From Paraphysomonas bandaiensis (Eukaryota; Protista; Chrysophyceae): a DNA stretch of 64,000 nucleotides. Made by a program: the position numbers and the translations under genes. The notes beneath the pieces are model-generated. The model saw nothing but the letters and a program-made list of their open reading frames with translations, was not told where the DNA came from and made no database searches. Of the stretch, positions 13,566 to 25,900 are shown one piece after another (position 1 is the first letter of the stretch; each line of letters opens with the position of its first letter). The DNA lies in contig CBFFRP010000249.1 of NCBI GenBank assembly GCA_965644295.1, forward strand, positions 62,001 through 126,000. Reading direction: 5' to 3'.

Positions 13566-14276
13566 AGTACAATTCACGACTAGGTTTAATACTATAATTG
13601 GCTAGGCTGAGACATTTATTGCTTTGACTAGGTTTTTACACCGAAAATAGTATGACTAGGAAATTCAGCCAAATTGACTAGGTTGAATAATATATCTCGG
13701 TGCATATAGTATATAATGAAATTACAATTATTAAGGAAGGGCATAGTATATTAATATATATACTGACATAATATTGAAGTAGCATCTGGTTAATGTCTGT
13801 TTCCTTGTTTCCTTCATATTCCTTTGTCAAGCCCACATCATTAACTGAATTCGCTTCCTTTGTGCCTAATGTCTGATATCATCCTTTCCTACAGTTACTT
13901 GTCACATTGTGTCACCTACTGCCTACTATTTACTCAGTTGCACAATATATAATATATATCATATCAAACAGCGGAATTCAGCAGTGTATAATCCTTACTG
14001 GTTGTGTGAATCGCTAACCTTTATCATTTCTGTATTCCTCCACGCGTCAATATACAACATATCAACATATCAGCATTTCATTGTCGCAAAACCAAAAAAC
14101 ACTTTTAACCAGAAATAGTGCATCCATAAAAAATACAAGATTCATTATATCTTACGTTTCTGTTACATTAGAAGCAGCAATATTCCAGACAACAGGTTCC
14201 ACAAAACAAACACATCCAATGAAAAGACCCTTTCACGCCATTATTCGCGGTAAAAGATAATATGTCAGTCCACTGA

Positions 14277-16063
14277 TCATATAGTTTGACTTAGTCTTGG
14301 ATCTTCATTGTCACCATCCTCTCCTCTGGTCTTGCTTTTCTTTCTGCGGCTCTTCTTATCTGTGAATAGCTGGTCAAGGAGCGTGTAGTCATTGGTTACC
14401 CTCATCAGATCCATTGCGTTTGCTATGGCATGTTTGCGAGTGAGGCTTTGTTTTGCTTCTTCCCTGTGACGGCGCATCAGTTCATTCTTCTGAGATTGAA
14501 TCTTCTCATATCGCATATCTGCTTCATGAATCGCCTGCAACGTCTGCAGTCTATGGAACTCATTCATTCGAGCCACCCGTTCCACATTCTCCTGTTTATC
14601 CGACTTCTTCAAGTCGTTATAAAACTTCCGAGTTCTGTACTCCGCTTCCCGCTGCTCTTGCATCTTGGAGAACACTTTATCTTTCTCTTGACGTCGGGCT
14701 ACAATCTCTGCTCTGTGTTCGTTGCGCATGCGGTAGGCGTCTACCAGCCTCTGGGTCCGAAGTCTGTTCTTACGCTCCCGTTCATCCGCCTGCTTCTTGA
14801 GCTTTTCCCTCTCAGCGATTTCCTGTTCCTTTGCTCGCTTCATAGCCTCCTGCTGATGCTGATGGAATGCCGCCTTCTTTTGCTCATGCAGCTGATGATG
14901 CTTTTCAAGTGCCTCTGTGATGCGTTTGCTAGCCAGCTCTCGTTTATTCATTATTTCTTCCCTTTTCTTCAACTTCTTTTGTTCAAGCTGTGCGTTCACA
15001 CGTTCCTCTCTCTCCTGCATTTTAATTCTACAGAAAGCCGCTGGTCAGTCAACTATATCCACACACACAATACGCACCTGTTCTCCTCTGCGAGCTGGAT
15101 CTGGGCCTGCAGAAGTGCCTCAGTCTTCTGTCTGTGCTCTTCCATCTTGCGTTCCCGCTCCGCTTCGCGCTCTCGGGCTTCCAGTAGCAATTGCCTGTTC
15201 AGAATATATCGTTCAACACACCATTTTCTATAGCTACCTCTATTACCTGGCTGCCTCTTCCTCTGCCTTCTTCTTCTTTCTGTCAAACTCAGCCTCACGG
15301 CGAGCAAGCTCACGTCGTCTTTCGTTCTCCTCTTGCTCCTATTGATAATAAGCTTAGAGAAACTGCGCCGGTGGTACAAGCGCCAACAATAACCTTTCTT
15401 GCCCTTTCCTGAGCTCGCTGGGCTCTCTTTTTCTCTGCTTGTGCTTTTTGCTCCGCTATTTTTCTTTCATGTTCTTTCTTTTTGCGGTGCTCTTCATCCT
15501 CGGCTCTCTTGATTTTGCTCTGCAGGGCGGCCATCGCTTGTTCACGTGCGACAATCTTCGCAAGTTCCTTTTCTTGTCTGCGTCTCACAGCTTCCATCCG
15601 CTTTTGTTCCTTAATATACAAATTATGCTACAACTTAACACAGTATTACTGAAACATACCAACTCCAGCATGTGGCCAACATTGTCTTCTTTATCGTTCG
15701 CTGCAGTATGACCATTTTCCTGTTCCTGGTTTCCGTACTTTTGAGTACGCTCTTGATAAGATATAATTGCTTCTCGTTCTGCTGTTACAGTAGCAATTTT
15801 GTCTGAATAAAAGAACACTTATAAGTGCTCAATAGTTCCAATCCTTTTAGATAATTACCTTTACGCTTTCTTTCAAATGTTTCATACTTTACATCAACCA
15901 AATCATCAGGCAATCCCTTTGTTTTAAAGGCCTTCTTGGGCTTAGGGAGCAGCTCTGATGGGTCATAACCCGCTCGAAGACATGCTTCAAGAGTTCGAGG
16001 GCTGTTGATTTCAGGGGACCCTTCCGCATTCTCAAAATTCAGGACAGATATCAGTGTCTCCAT
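14277..16063 (-). CDS. Long coiled-coil protein of unknown function (multi-exon)
   Basis: E/K/R/Q-rich helical exons joined by short GT-AG introns; N-terminal NSPRTLEACLRAGYDPSELLPK segment. Confidence 0.8.
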
Positions 16064-16913
16064 CTATAAGAACGATATGCAATAAAACTAAAGACAGTTA
16101 AACAGAGAGGCTTCTTTGATAATGACGAGTAGTGGTTGCAGAGGAATGGTATGGTTGTGATGAGGAGTTGCTTAGCACTGCATTGAATATGCTACAGTAA
16201 GATTATTGTGTCGAGTCCAACCCACTAATTAATTACAGAGCTGAGCTGAGGTGTATGTCTGCATGTGTAGATGTATATGTATGTATGTAGAGAGCGCTGC
16301 ATCTCTATCGCTATATGTAGGCATGTATGTATGTGTGTACCGCCAGCACCCATGTGAAACTGCTCATCATACTACGTCCTGTATTTATAGAATACGGTGA
16401 TACAAGAAATACAGAAGAATACAGTGTAGAAAATAGCGAGAAGGAGGAGTGATATACATATGGTATAACGGTATACTGCTGTATAACACCGCACAAGAAC
16501 AGACGTGATAATTGAATTCGAGAATATTACGTATGTACATACATACACACATACACACATATACAGGTACATACAGACGCATACATATACAGGTACATAC
16601 AGGTTCAAGTAAGTATCAATCCCACACACCCTATGAAGAACCTGTACCTGTACCTGTACCTGTACCTATACCTGTACCTGTCCACACCATATGCGACAGT
16701 ACTGTACTAAGGTATCACTTAATAACCTCACCAAACCCCATCAAACACAATAATCCACAACCATATCGTCTCGTCACGTATCTTCATCACAATCTCTTGA
16801 TTATCTGTGTTATCACACCACTTCTCATCGCCCCCACTGTCTCCTATAGATATTAATGTCTTACATCACTATACATACGTGTTACTTATACATCTTCATA
16901 CTTTAATACCATT

Positions 16914-19900
16914 ATGAAACACTTTTTATTTGTATTTCTATTGTATATATCATATACAGCTATGGTCAATGCGACATGCTGTCAATCCGGCTATACACTC
17001 TACGGGGGCTCTTACTGTTATGCGATTCATACTACAACGAGGACTTACTCGGCTGCTAAAGCGACGTGTACTAATGGGTATATGGTTTCTATAACTGTAT
17101 CGTCAGAAAGTGATTTTACTGAGAATAATGTTATTCATACAGCTCTGGGTGCCAGGAGTGGTAGTGACTATTATTTTATTGGATACACCCAAAGTACTGG
17201 CTGGTCATGGGATGATGGTGTTACATCACCGACCTATAATCACTTTTCTAATGGAGCGAAGAATAAGGAGTGTGCGGTAATGCTACCCGATGGGGAGTGG
17301 ACTGATAAGGACTGCACTTCAACTGCCAAATATGTTTGTGAATCCAATCCTATATCGTGCTCTGCCCCAACGGTAACACCTACATATGCACCGTCACATA
17401 CACCAACAGCAACCCCAACTGTTGCACCTAGTCAGACCTCTTCATATGAGAGTGACGAGAATACATTTCTCTGCGATTTTATATCTGCTACTAATGTTGC
17501 CACTGCAATTGGTTCCGGTTGGGATTGCCCTAATGTAGCAACTAATAAGTGTTCGTGGTCCGGCATCACGTGTAGCGGAGGTGTGGTTGTATCAATCGCT
17601 CTTAGTAATTCAGGAATAACTGGGACGTTTCCAACATCAATTGGTCTAATGTCAGCGCTCACAGAAATTCTTTTATTTACAAATTCTATGGATGGAACAC
17701 TACCAACTCAAATCGGTAGTATGAGTAGCTTAGCGAACCTACGTATACATACGAATAGTTTTTCTGGACCTATCCCTGAGTCATTTGGGTACCTTTCTTC
17801 GCTAACGTTTATTCATTTCAACTTTAACGCTTTTACAGCAATACCAAACTCAATAGGAAGTTTGTCGAATTTAGAGTCAATGAGAATTGCCAATAACGCC
17901 GTTGCAGGTACACTACCAAGTACGATTGGTAGCTTGAGCAAATTGTCTTCCATCATTGCTGGTGGAAATTCGTTGAGTGGAAAATTACCTTCAAGTGTTG
18001 GAGAACTTTCGAATTTAGAAATTTTAGAATTTCATGTGAATTTGTTCACAGGATCAGTTCCCAGTTCATATGGTGGCCTTGCAAAACTAACTAGATTGAA
18101 ACTTCATTCGAATAGTCTCACTGCTGTGTTTCCGTCTGAATTGTGTTATATCGATATTTTTACTTTGAGTCATACGTCACAAAATGAATGTCCGGCACCC
18201 ACACCGTTGCCGTCGAATACACCGGTGATTCCCCCAACTGCGCAGCCCAGTAGTTTGCCATCCAGTACGCCAACACATCAACCATCCGAATACCCAAGCG
18301 GACATCCCAGTGGTGAACCCACGAGTCAGCCGACTAGCCAGCCCACTTGTAAACCATCTGGAAAACCAAGTGAACAACCTACTAGTCAGCCGACTAGCCA
18401 GCCCACTTATAAACCATCTGGAAAACCAAGTGAACAACCTACTAGTCAGCCGACTAGCCAGCCAACCAATGAGCCCAGTTGGTTGCCAACTGGGTATCCG
18501 ACATATGTGCCGAGTAGTAAGCCAACAGAGTATGCATCACGGCAACCTACAGGCTTACCAACTGGGCAACCGACAGGACAACCCACAGGACAACCCAGTG
18601 GTCATCCAACATGGCAACCGACGGGTCAACCGTCATGGCAGCCGTCAGGTCAACCTACATTCTTGCCTACAGGTCCTACCGAACATCCGACTAGTTCTCC
18701 TACAGGACGACCTACAGGTCAACCTACTAGCTTACCATCAGAAAACCCAACTGGACAACCTACAGGTCAACCAACTAGACATCCAACAGGTCAGCCGTCA
18801 GGTCAACCTACCGCGGAACCATCTGGACAACCAACTGGACAACCGTCTAGTCAGCCCACTGGTTTTCCCACACGACTACCTACTGGCCAACCAACCAGAC
18901 AGCCAAGTAGAGTACCGACAGGGCAACCATCAGGACACCCCTCTGGGCAACCGACAGGACAACCGTCAGGACAGCCAAGTGGATTACCAACTGAGAAACC
19001 TACAGGGCAACCCTCAGGTGAGCCTTCCGGACAGCCTACACGGCAGCCCACCGGTGAGCCAACTGGTCAGCCAACAGGGCAACCCTCCGGAGAACCTACA
19101 GCTAAGCCGTCAAATGGTCCATCTGGGCAACCGACCGAACAACCTACAAGACAACCAACAGGACAGCCGACTGGTGAGCCAACAGCACAACCAACAGGGC
19201 AACCCACTGGTCATCCTTCAGGTGAACCAACAGGTCAACCTACTGCTGAGCCAACTGGCCAGCCAACAGCGCAACCTTCCGGACAGCCCACAGGTATACC
19301 CTCAGCACAGCCAACAGGGCAACCGACAAGTCAACCGACAGATGTACCAACCGGTCAGCCAACTGGGCAACCCAGCGGACAACCTACTGGTGACCCCACC
19401 GGACAACCAACAGGACAACCTACCAGTGAGCCAACAGGTTATCCAACTGGACAGCCTTCCGGACTACCTTCAGGTAAACCCTCCGGACAGCCCTCTGAAC
19501 AACCTACAAGCGAGCCAACTGGTCAGCCAACCGGTCAACCAACCAGCGATCCAACAGGGCAACCAACAGGACAACCTACGAATGTACCAACAGGTCAGCC
19601 AACAGGGCAACCAACAGCACAACCTACTAGTGACCCAACCGGTCAGCCATCAGGGCAACCTTCCGGGCAACCTACAGGTGAGCCAACAGGTGAGCCAACA
19701 GGGCAACCGACAAGTCAACCGACCAGTGTACCAACCGGTCAACCAACAGGGCATCCTTCCGGACAACCTACTGGTGAGCCGTCCGGAGAGCCAACAGGTC
19801 AACCAACCAGTGAGCCAACAGGTCATCCAACAGGGCAACCTTCTGGACAACCTACTGCTGAGCCAACTGGCCAGCCAACAGCGCAACCTTCCGGACAGCC

Positions 19901-22900
19901 CACAGGTATACCCTCAGCACAGCCAACAGGGCAACCGACAAGTCAACCGACAGATGTACCAACCGGTCAGCCAACTGGGCAACCCAGCGGACAACCTACT
20001 GGTGACCCCACCGGACAACCAACAGGGCAACCTACCAGTGAGCCAACAGGTTATCCAACTGGACAGCCTTCCGGACTACCTTCAGGTAAACCCTCCGGAC
20101 AGCCAACTGGACAACCTACAAGCGAGCCAACTGGTCAGCCAACAGGTCAACCAACCAGCGATCCAACAGGGCAACCAACAGGACAACCTACGAATGTACC
20201 AACAGGTCAGCCAACAGGGCAACCAACAGCACAACCTACTAGTGACCCAACCGGTCAGCCATCAGGGCAACCTTCCGGGCAACCTACAGGTGAGCCAACA
20301 GGTGAGCCAACAGGACAACCTACCAGTGTACCAACCGGCCAACCAACAGGGCTACCAACAGCACAACCTACAGGTGAACCCTCCGGACAGCCAACAGGGC
20401 AACCTACTGGTGAGCCGTCAGGGCAGCCGACAACTCAACCGACCGGTGAGCCATCTGCTCAGCCCACAGGACATCCTTCCGGACAACCTACAGGTGAGCC
20501 GTCCGGACAGCCCACTGGACAACCAACCAGCGAGCCAACTGGTCAACCAACAGGCCAACCAACCAGTGATCCAACAGAGCAACCAACAGGACAACCGACC
20601 AGTGTTCCAACAGGTCAGCCAACAGGGCAACCAACAGCACAACCAACCGGTGAGCCAACTAGTCAGCCGACTGGGCAACCAAGCGGACAGCCTACTGGTG
20701 GCCCCTCCGGACAGCCAACAGGACAACCTACCAGTGTACCAACAGGTCATCCTACTGGGCAACCTTCTGGACAGCCTACTGGTGAGCCCTCCGGACAGCC
20801 AACAGGGCAACCTACTGGTGAGCCGTCAGGGCAGCCGACAAGTCAACCTACTGCTGAGCCATCTGCTCAGCCCACAGGGCAACCTTCCGGACAGCCTACA
20901 GGTGAACCTTCCGGACAGCCAACAGGGCAACCTACTGGTGAACCCTCCGGAGAACCAACAGGACAACCTACCAGTGTACCAACAGGTCAGCCGACAGGTC
21001 AACCCTCAGGACAGCCAACAGGTCTGCCAACAGGGCAACCGACAAGTCAACCGACAAGTGTACCAACAGGTCAGCCAACAGGACAACCTTCGGGACAACC
21101 TACTGGTCAACCGTCTGGCGAGCCAACAGGGCAACCAACAGCACTACCGACCGGAGAGCCAACTGGTCAACCAACAGGACAGCCTACTGGTGAACCCTCC
21201 GGAGAGCCTACAGGGCAACCGACAAGTCAACCGACCAGTAAGCCAACAGGTCAGCCAACAGGACAACCTTCGGGACAACCTACTGGTGAACCGTCTGGCG
21301 AGCCAACAGGGCAACCAACAGCACTACCGACCGGAGAGCCAACTGGTCAGCCAACAGGACAGCCTACTGGTGAACCCTCCGGACAGCCTACAGGGCAACC
21401 AACAAGTCAACCGACCGGTGTACCAACAGGTCAGCCAACAGGACAGCCTACTGGTGAACCCTCCGGAGAGCCTACAGGGCAACCAACAAGTCAACCGACC
21501 GGTGTACCAACAGGTCAGCCAACAGGACAGCCTTCGGGACAACCTACAGGTGAACCGTCTGGTGAGCCAACAGGGCAACCAACAGCACTACCGACCGGAG
21601 AGCCAACTGGTCAGCCAACAGGACAGCCTACTGGTGAACCCTCCGGAGAGCCTACAGGGCAACCGACAAGTCAACCGACCAGTAAGCCAACTGGTCAACC
21701 TTCTGGACAACCTACTGGTGAGCCTTCCGGAGAGCCAACAGGGCAACCAACAGCACTACCGACCGGTGTACCAACAGGTCAACCCACTGGTGAGCCAACA
21801 GCTCAGCCGACAAGTGTACCAACAGGCCAGCCAACAGGACAACCTTCCGGACAACCAACTGGTGAACCTTCTGGACAGCCAACAGGGCAACCAACAGCAC
21901 TACCAACCGGGGAGCCCACTGGACAGCCAACAGGGCAACCTTCTGGACAACCTACTGGTGAACCCTCCGGACAGCCAACAGGACAACCTACCAGTGTACC
22001 AACCGGTGTACCAACAGGTAACCCTACTGGTGAGCCAACTGGGCATCCAACTGGACAACCTTCTGGTATACCTTCTTGTGAACCATCCGGGCAGCCAACA
22101 GGACAACCGACAAGTGAGCCAACTGGTCAGCCAACTGGTCTACCTTCTGGACTACCTTCAGGTAAACCCTCCGGACAGCCCACAGGACAACCTTCGGGAC
22201 AACCCACTGGTGAACCAACCGGTGAACCAACTGGGCATCCTTCCGGACAGCCCACAGGTATACCCTCGGTACAGCCAACAGGGCAACCGACAAGTCAACC
22301 GACCGGTGTACCAACAGGTCAGCCAACAGGGCAGCCTTCCGGACAACCTACAGGTGAGCCCTCTGGTGAGCCGACAGGTCAACCCTCAGGACAGCCAACT
22401 GGTCAGCCAACAGGGCTACCTTCTGGACAACCTACTGGACAACCTACAAGCGAGCCAACAGGGCAACCGACAAGTGAACCCTCAGGACAGCCAACTGGGC
22501 AACCTTCTGGACAGCCTACAGGTAAGCCCTCTGGACAGCCAACCGGTCAGCCAACAGCAGTACCTTCTTCAATACCATCTCGCATTCCGTCAGGAGCACC
22601 ATCGTTCACGTACGCCCCATCCAGCGTGCCTTCTTACTCTATGCTTCCGTCATCGATTCCAAGTATTGCGCCTACTTACACTGAACTTACTGATTGGAAC
22701 ATAGCGACAGAGTCTTTTATTGCAGATTTCGTCAGTTATGCAAATAGTGATACATTTGTTAGTTTGGTGCTAAATGGAGAGAGAGTATATGGGCCCTGTA
22801 GAGAGTGGAATTCATTCATTGATAGTACCGTGGCAAAATCAATGTTACGTTATAGTCCTGCCCGCATATCCTTAATGTCAGGCATATCTTTCCTTCAGCA

Positions 22901-25900
22901 GTTACCATCTGGAGGCCAGATCACCTGCAGTAACGCGTCAGTTGTTAGTATGATATTGACTGAGTTGACAGACAAGAAATTGAATAACACTACCTCATTG
23001 TCTCCATTCTATTGCGATGGCAACACATGGTATGTTGTGCGGTGTCTAAATGGCGATCATGCAGTGATATGCTTAAATTGCTCGAATATTTGTTTATCTG
23101 GAGGTGGTGTTTATGGTATGCAGTGCGATAGAATACATACTAGTAGTAGATTGGATCTTCTTACCGTTGAGTATGAACACAAAGATGCTCCCTCCATCGT
23201 TTCTGTTTCCGTTGAAACCACTGGTAGTACTGGCAATATAACTGCTGGATTAGTTTTGTCGAACTCTACGAGTTTTATAGTATGTGCAGCATATCCGTCT
23301 GCCTTGCACGTGATTCCTTCAGATGAATGCATGCTATCCTTGCGTAACCCGATTTTATGGAGTCCATCTTCTCACGCATCATATATGTTGACTGGACTTC
23401 AGCTCGGAATGTCTTACGATGTCTATTGCGCTGGATATTCTTCTTTAGCTTCACCGACGTCCATGTCTACTATCCTCGGTACCAAAACAATCGTTAATAC
23501 ACCCTGTTGTAGAATCATATCTGTTAATTTGATGCAGACTGTTTTTTTATCACACGAATACGTCATCAATGCGATCACAATTAAAACAAATTTAGCCTAT
23601 CCAAATAAAAAAGTTTCATTGAAATTAGCCGTGGTTGCCCTGTATGGGAATGAAGAAATATTTTTTCCGTTCAAACCGTCAGAATTTATGTTTCCCCCGG
23701 GTTGTCCTGAGTACGAAACCGTTGCTTCATACACGGCTATTGATTCAGGAATTTACCGGTTAAACTTTACAGTATCCGGTAGAAACGGCGATGAGTTTCA
23801 AATTGTGTATCCTCGTGGGAAAATATTTAGAGTCAGACAACCAGATGAGGTACCGGCTGTTCCAGGCATTTACAGCGCGCATTTCTCGAATACTGGGTAC
23901 GACGTGTCCGTGCTGTTTGATTCACCGACGGATCAAGGAAATCTTCCTCGTAGATTTTCTTGTTCTGCGATCTTTCAATTCAAATTTGCTGAACGGGCGA
24001 TTTGCAAATGGGTCGATAGTTCGACTGTTAACATTATATCGCATCACATATTAGAAATAGGTGATCAGATAATACTCTTAGCTGATTCCATTAAAGCTCA
24101 GTGTTTATCATCAATGGATAATACATGTAGCAATGGGAAGTATAACCATGTTCAGGAGGTAGTGGTTTCAGCACCACATGACACATCGCTGTTGCCTCAG
24201 GTCTCAATTGTTGCCCCTATGTTTTTAAGTTTATGTCAACCACTCGTCGTAGATTTGACAGCTTCATATGGGTCAGGAGGTAGACCATGGAAGAAAGTCT
24301 CGATTGTTGTCCATTCTACCATCAATACGTCATTGATATCAGATTATTTGAGCAAACTTACGCCTTCATTTAGTCCTACTTTTATTATTCCCAGCAGTTT
24401 TTTCCGCCTGGGGTACACGTATACGATGTCTGTTGAACTCTGCAATTATTTAGATGCATGTGGAATTAAATTGCATTCTTTTACAATTGCAGATAGTGAA
24501 ATCGAACCAGTGGTAAATTTGAATTCCAAAACATCACGTGTTATTAAGCGAAACCAACAGTTTACAGTGTCCGCGGATGCGTTTATATACAATTGTTCAA
24601 CTGGCCGTAAGTCATATAGCGATTTAAGATATTCGTGGATTGTGTATAAAGACGATGCACGTGTACCCAGTTGGGAGTTTAAGTCGCTTTCTGTAAATAC
24701 GAAGCAATTTGTGTTGCCACCGTATGCTTTTTCTGTGGGTAGTGTGTACCGGGTGTCACTTACTGTTCACCATACGATATCATATAAGGTGGCGTCGTCA
24801 ACATCGTTATGTGTGTATGTGGAGAAAGGGAGTTTAGTGCCTGTTGTAAAGGGTGGGACGAGTGTCAGTATACGTCAACATGGTAGCGTCACTATAGATG
24901 CGTCTGGTAGCTACGACGAGGATATTCAATTTGCAACGGGCACTCGAGCTAATTTGATTTTCTCTAGTTCGTGCTTTCAAATGTATCCTGTTTACGATCC
25001 GGTATGCAATTTAACTCAGGTAATGAGGCATGGTGTGTTGACCCTAAGAACTCGACAGGGCATTCCCCTCACACCTGAAAGTAAATATCTCGTGAAGGTC
25101 AGTGTACAGCATAAATACGATAAGAGGGAGGCGTTCGAAATTGTTACAGTAACTGTTGTTGAAGACATGACCCCTCTAATTTCTTTAACAACCCCTCAGA
25201 CCAGACAGAACAGACGGATATACTCAGAACGCCAGCTACAACTTGTTGGAGAAATGAGCAGTGCATTGGAAACCAGCTGTGTTCTGGGATGGGCAGTTGA
25301 TGACGATTCAGCCGATTTGAACCTTGCATCGAAGGGGCCATCGGGCAGTACTGTATATCTTGGCAATTGGAGTACGAAGTTAGTTAGCCTGGTTTTGCCG
25401 AAATATTTTTTATCTGCATCCTCAACGTATACTTTCACACTTTCATGCGATAGCCCGCTGTCACAGTCCTATGCCTCAATAGTCGTGAGTACCAACAGCA
25501 TACCTAGACCTGGTGAGCTTGTGATATTTCCGTTAACTGGGTACATGATGCAGACGGCATACACTCTCAGCGCATTGCACTGGGAGTCTGACGACTTGCC
25601 CCTATTTTAGGAGTTTGGATATGTTTCAATTTCCGGAAAGTGTGCTGTGCTCAGGTCTCAATTGGACTTACCACATATCACTACTCATCTACCACCTGGT
25701 CCCAGTGCAAGCAATTTTCATCTTAATATTCGATTGCAGGTTTATAATTCTATTGGCTCCTCAAATGTTTGCTATGAAAGTGTGATTGTATATACCAGAA
25801 ATGTACCTCTTACTGAGATACAGACTTACTACGAAACAGTAGTATCTACCTCAGGAGGCTATTCTGATAGTGAGAGGATGGCATATGCCGTTGTTATCGG

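Noticed and set aside
18310-22704. 1464-aa Q/N/L-rich overlapping ORF and the antisense ORFs in the PTGQ region
   Set aside because: Shadow frames: the CCN-ACN-GGN-CAR repeat lacks stops in the +1 frame, and the ORF begins and ends with the repeat.
25608-25610. Genome-wide reassignment of TAG to an amino acid
   Set aside because: TAG serves as the normal terminator of other genes here (NAP1, IFT46, WBP1, ankyrin, 7TM), and no other long exon contains an internal TAG.
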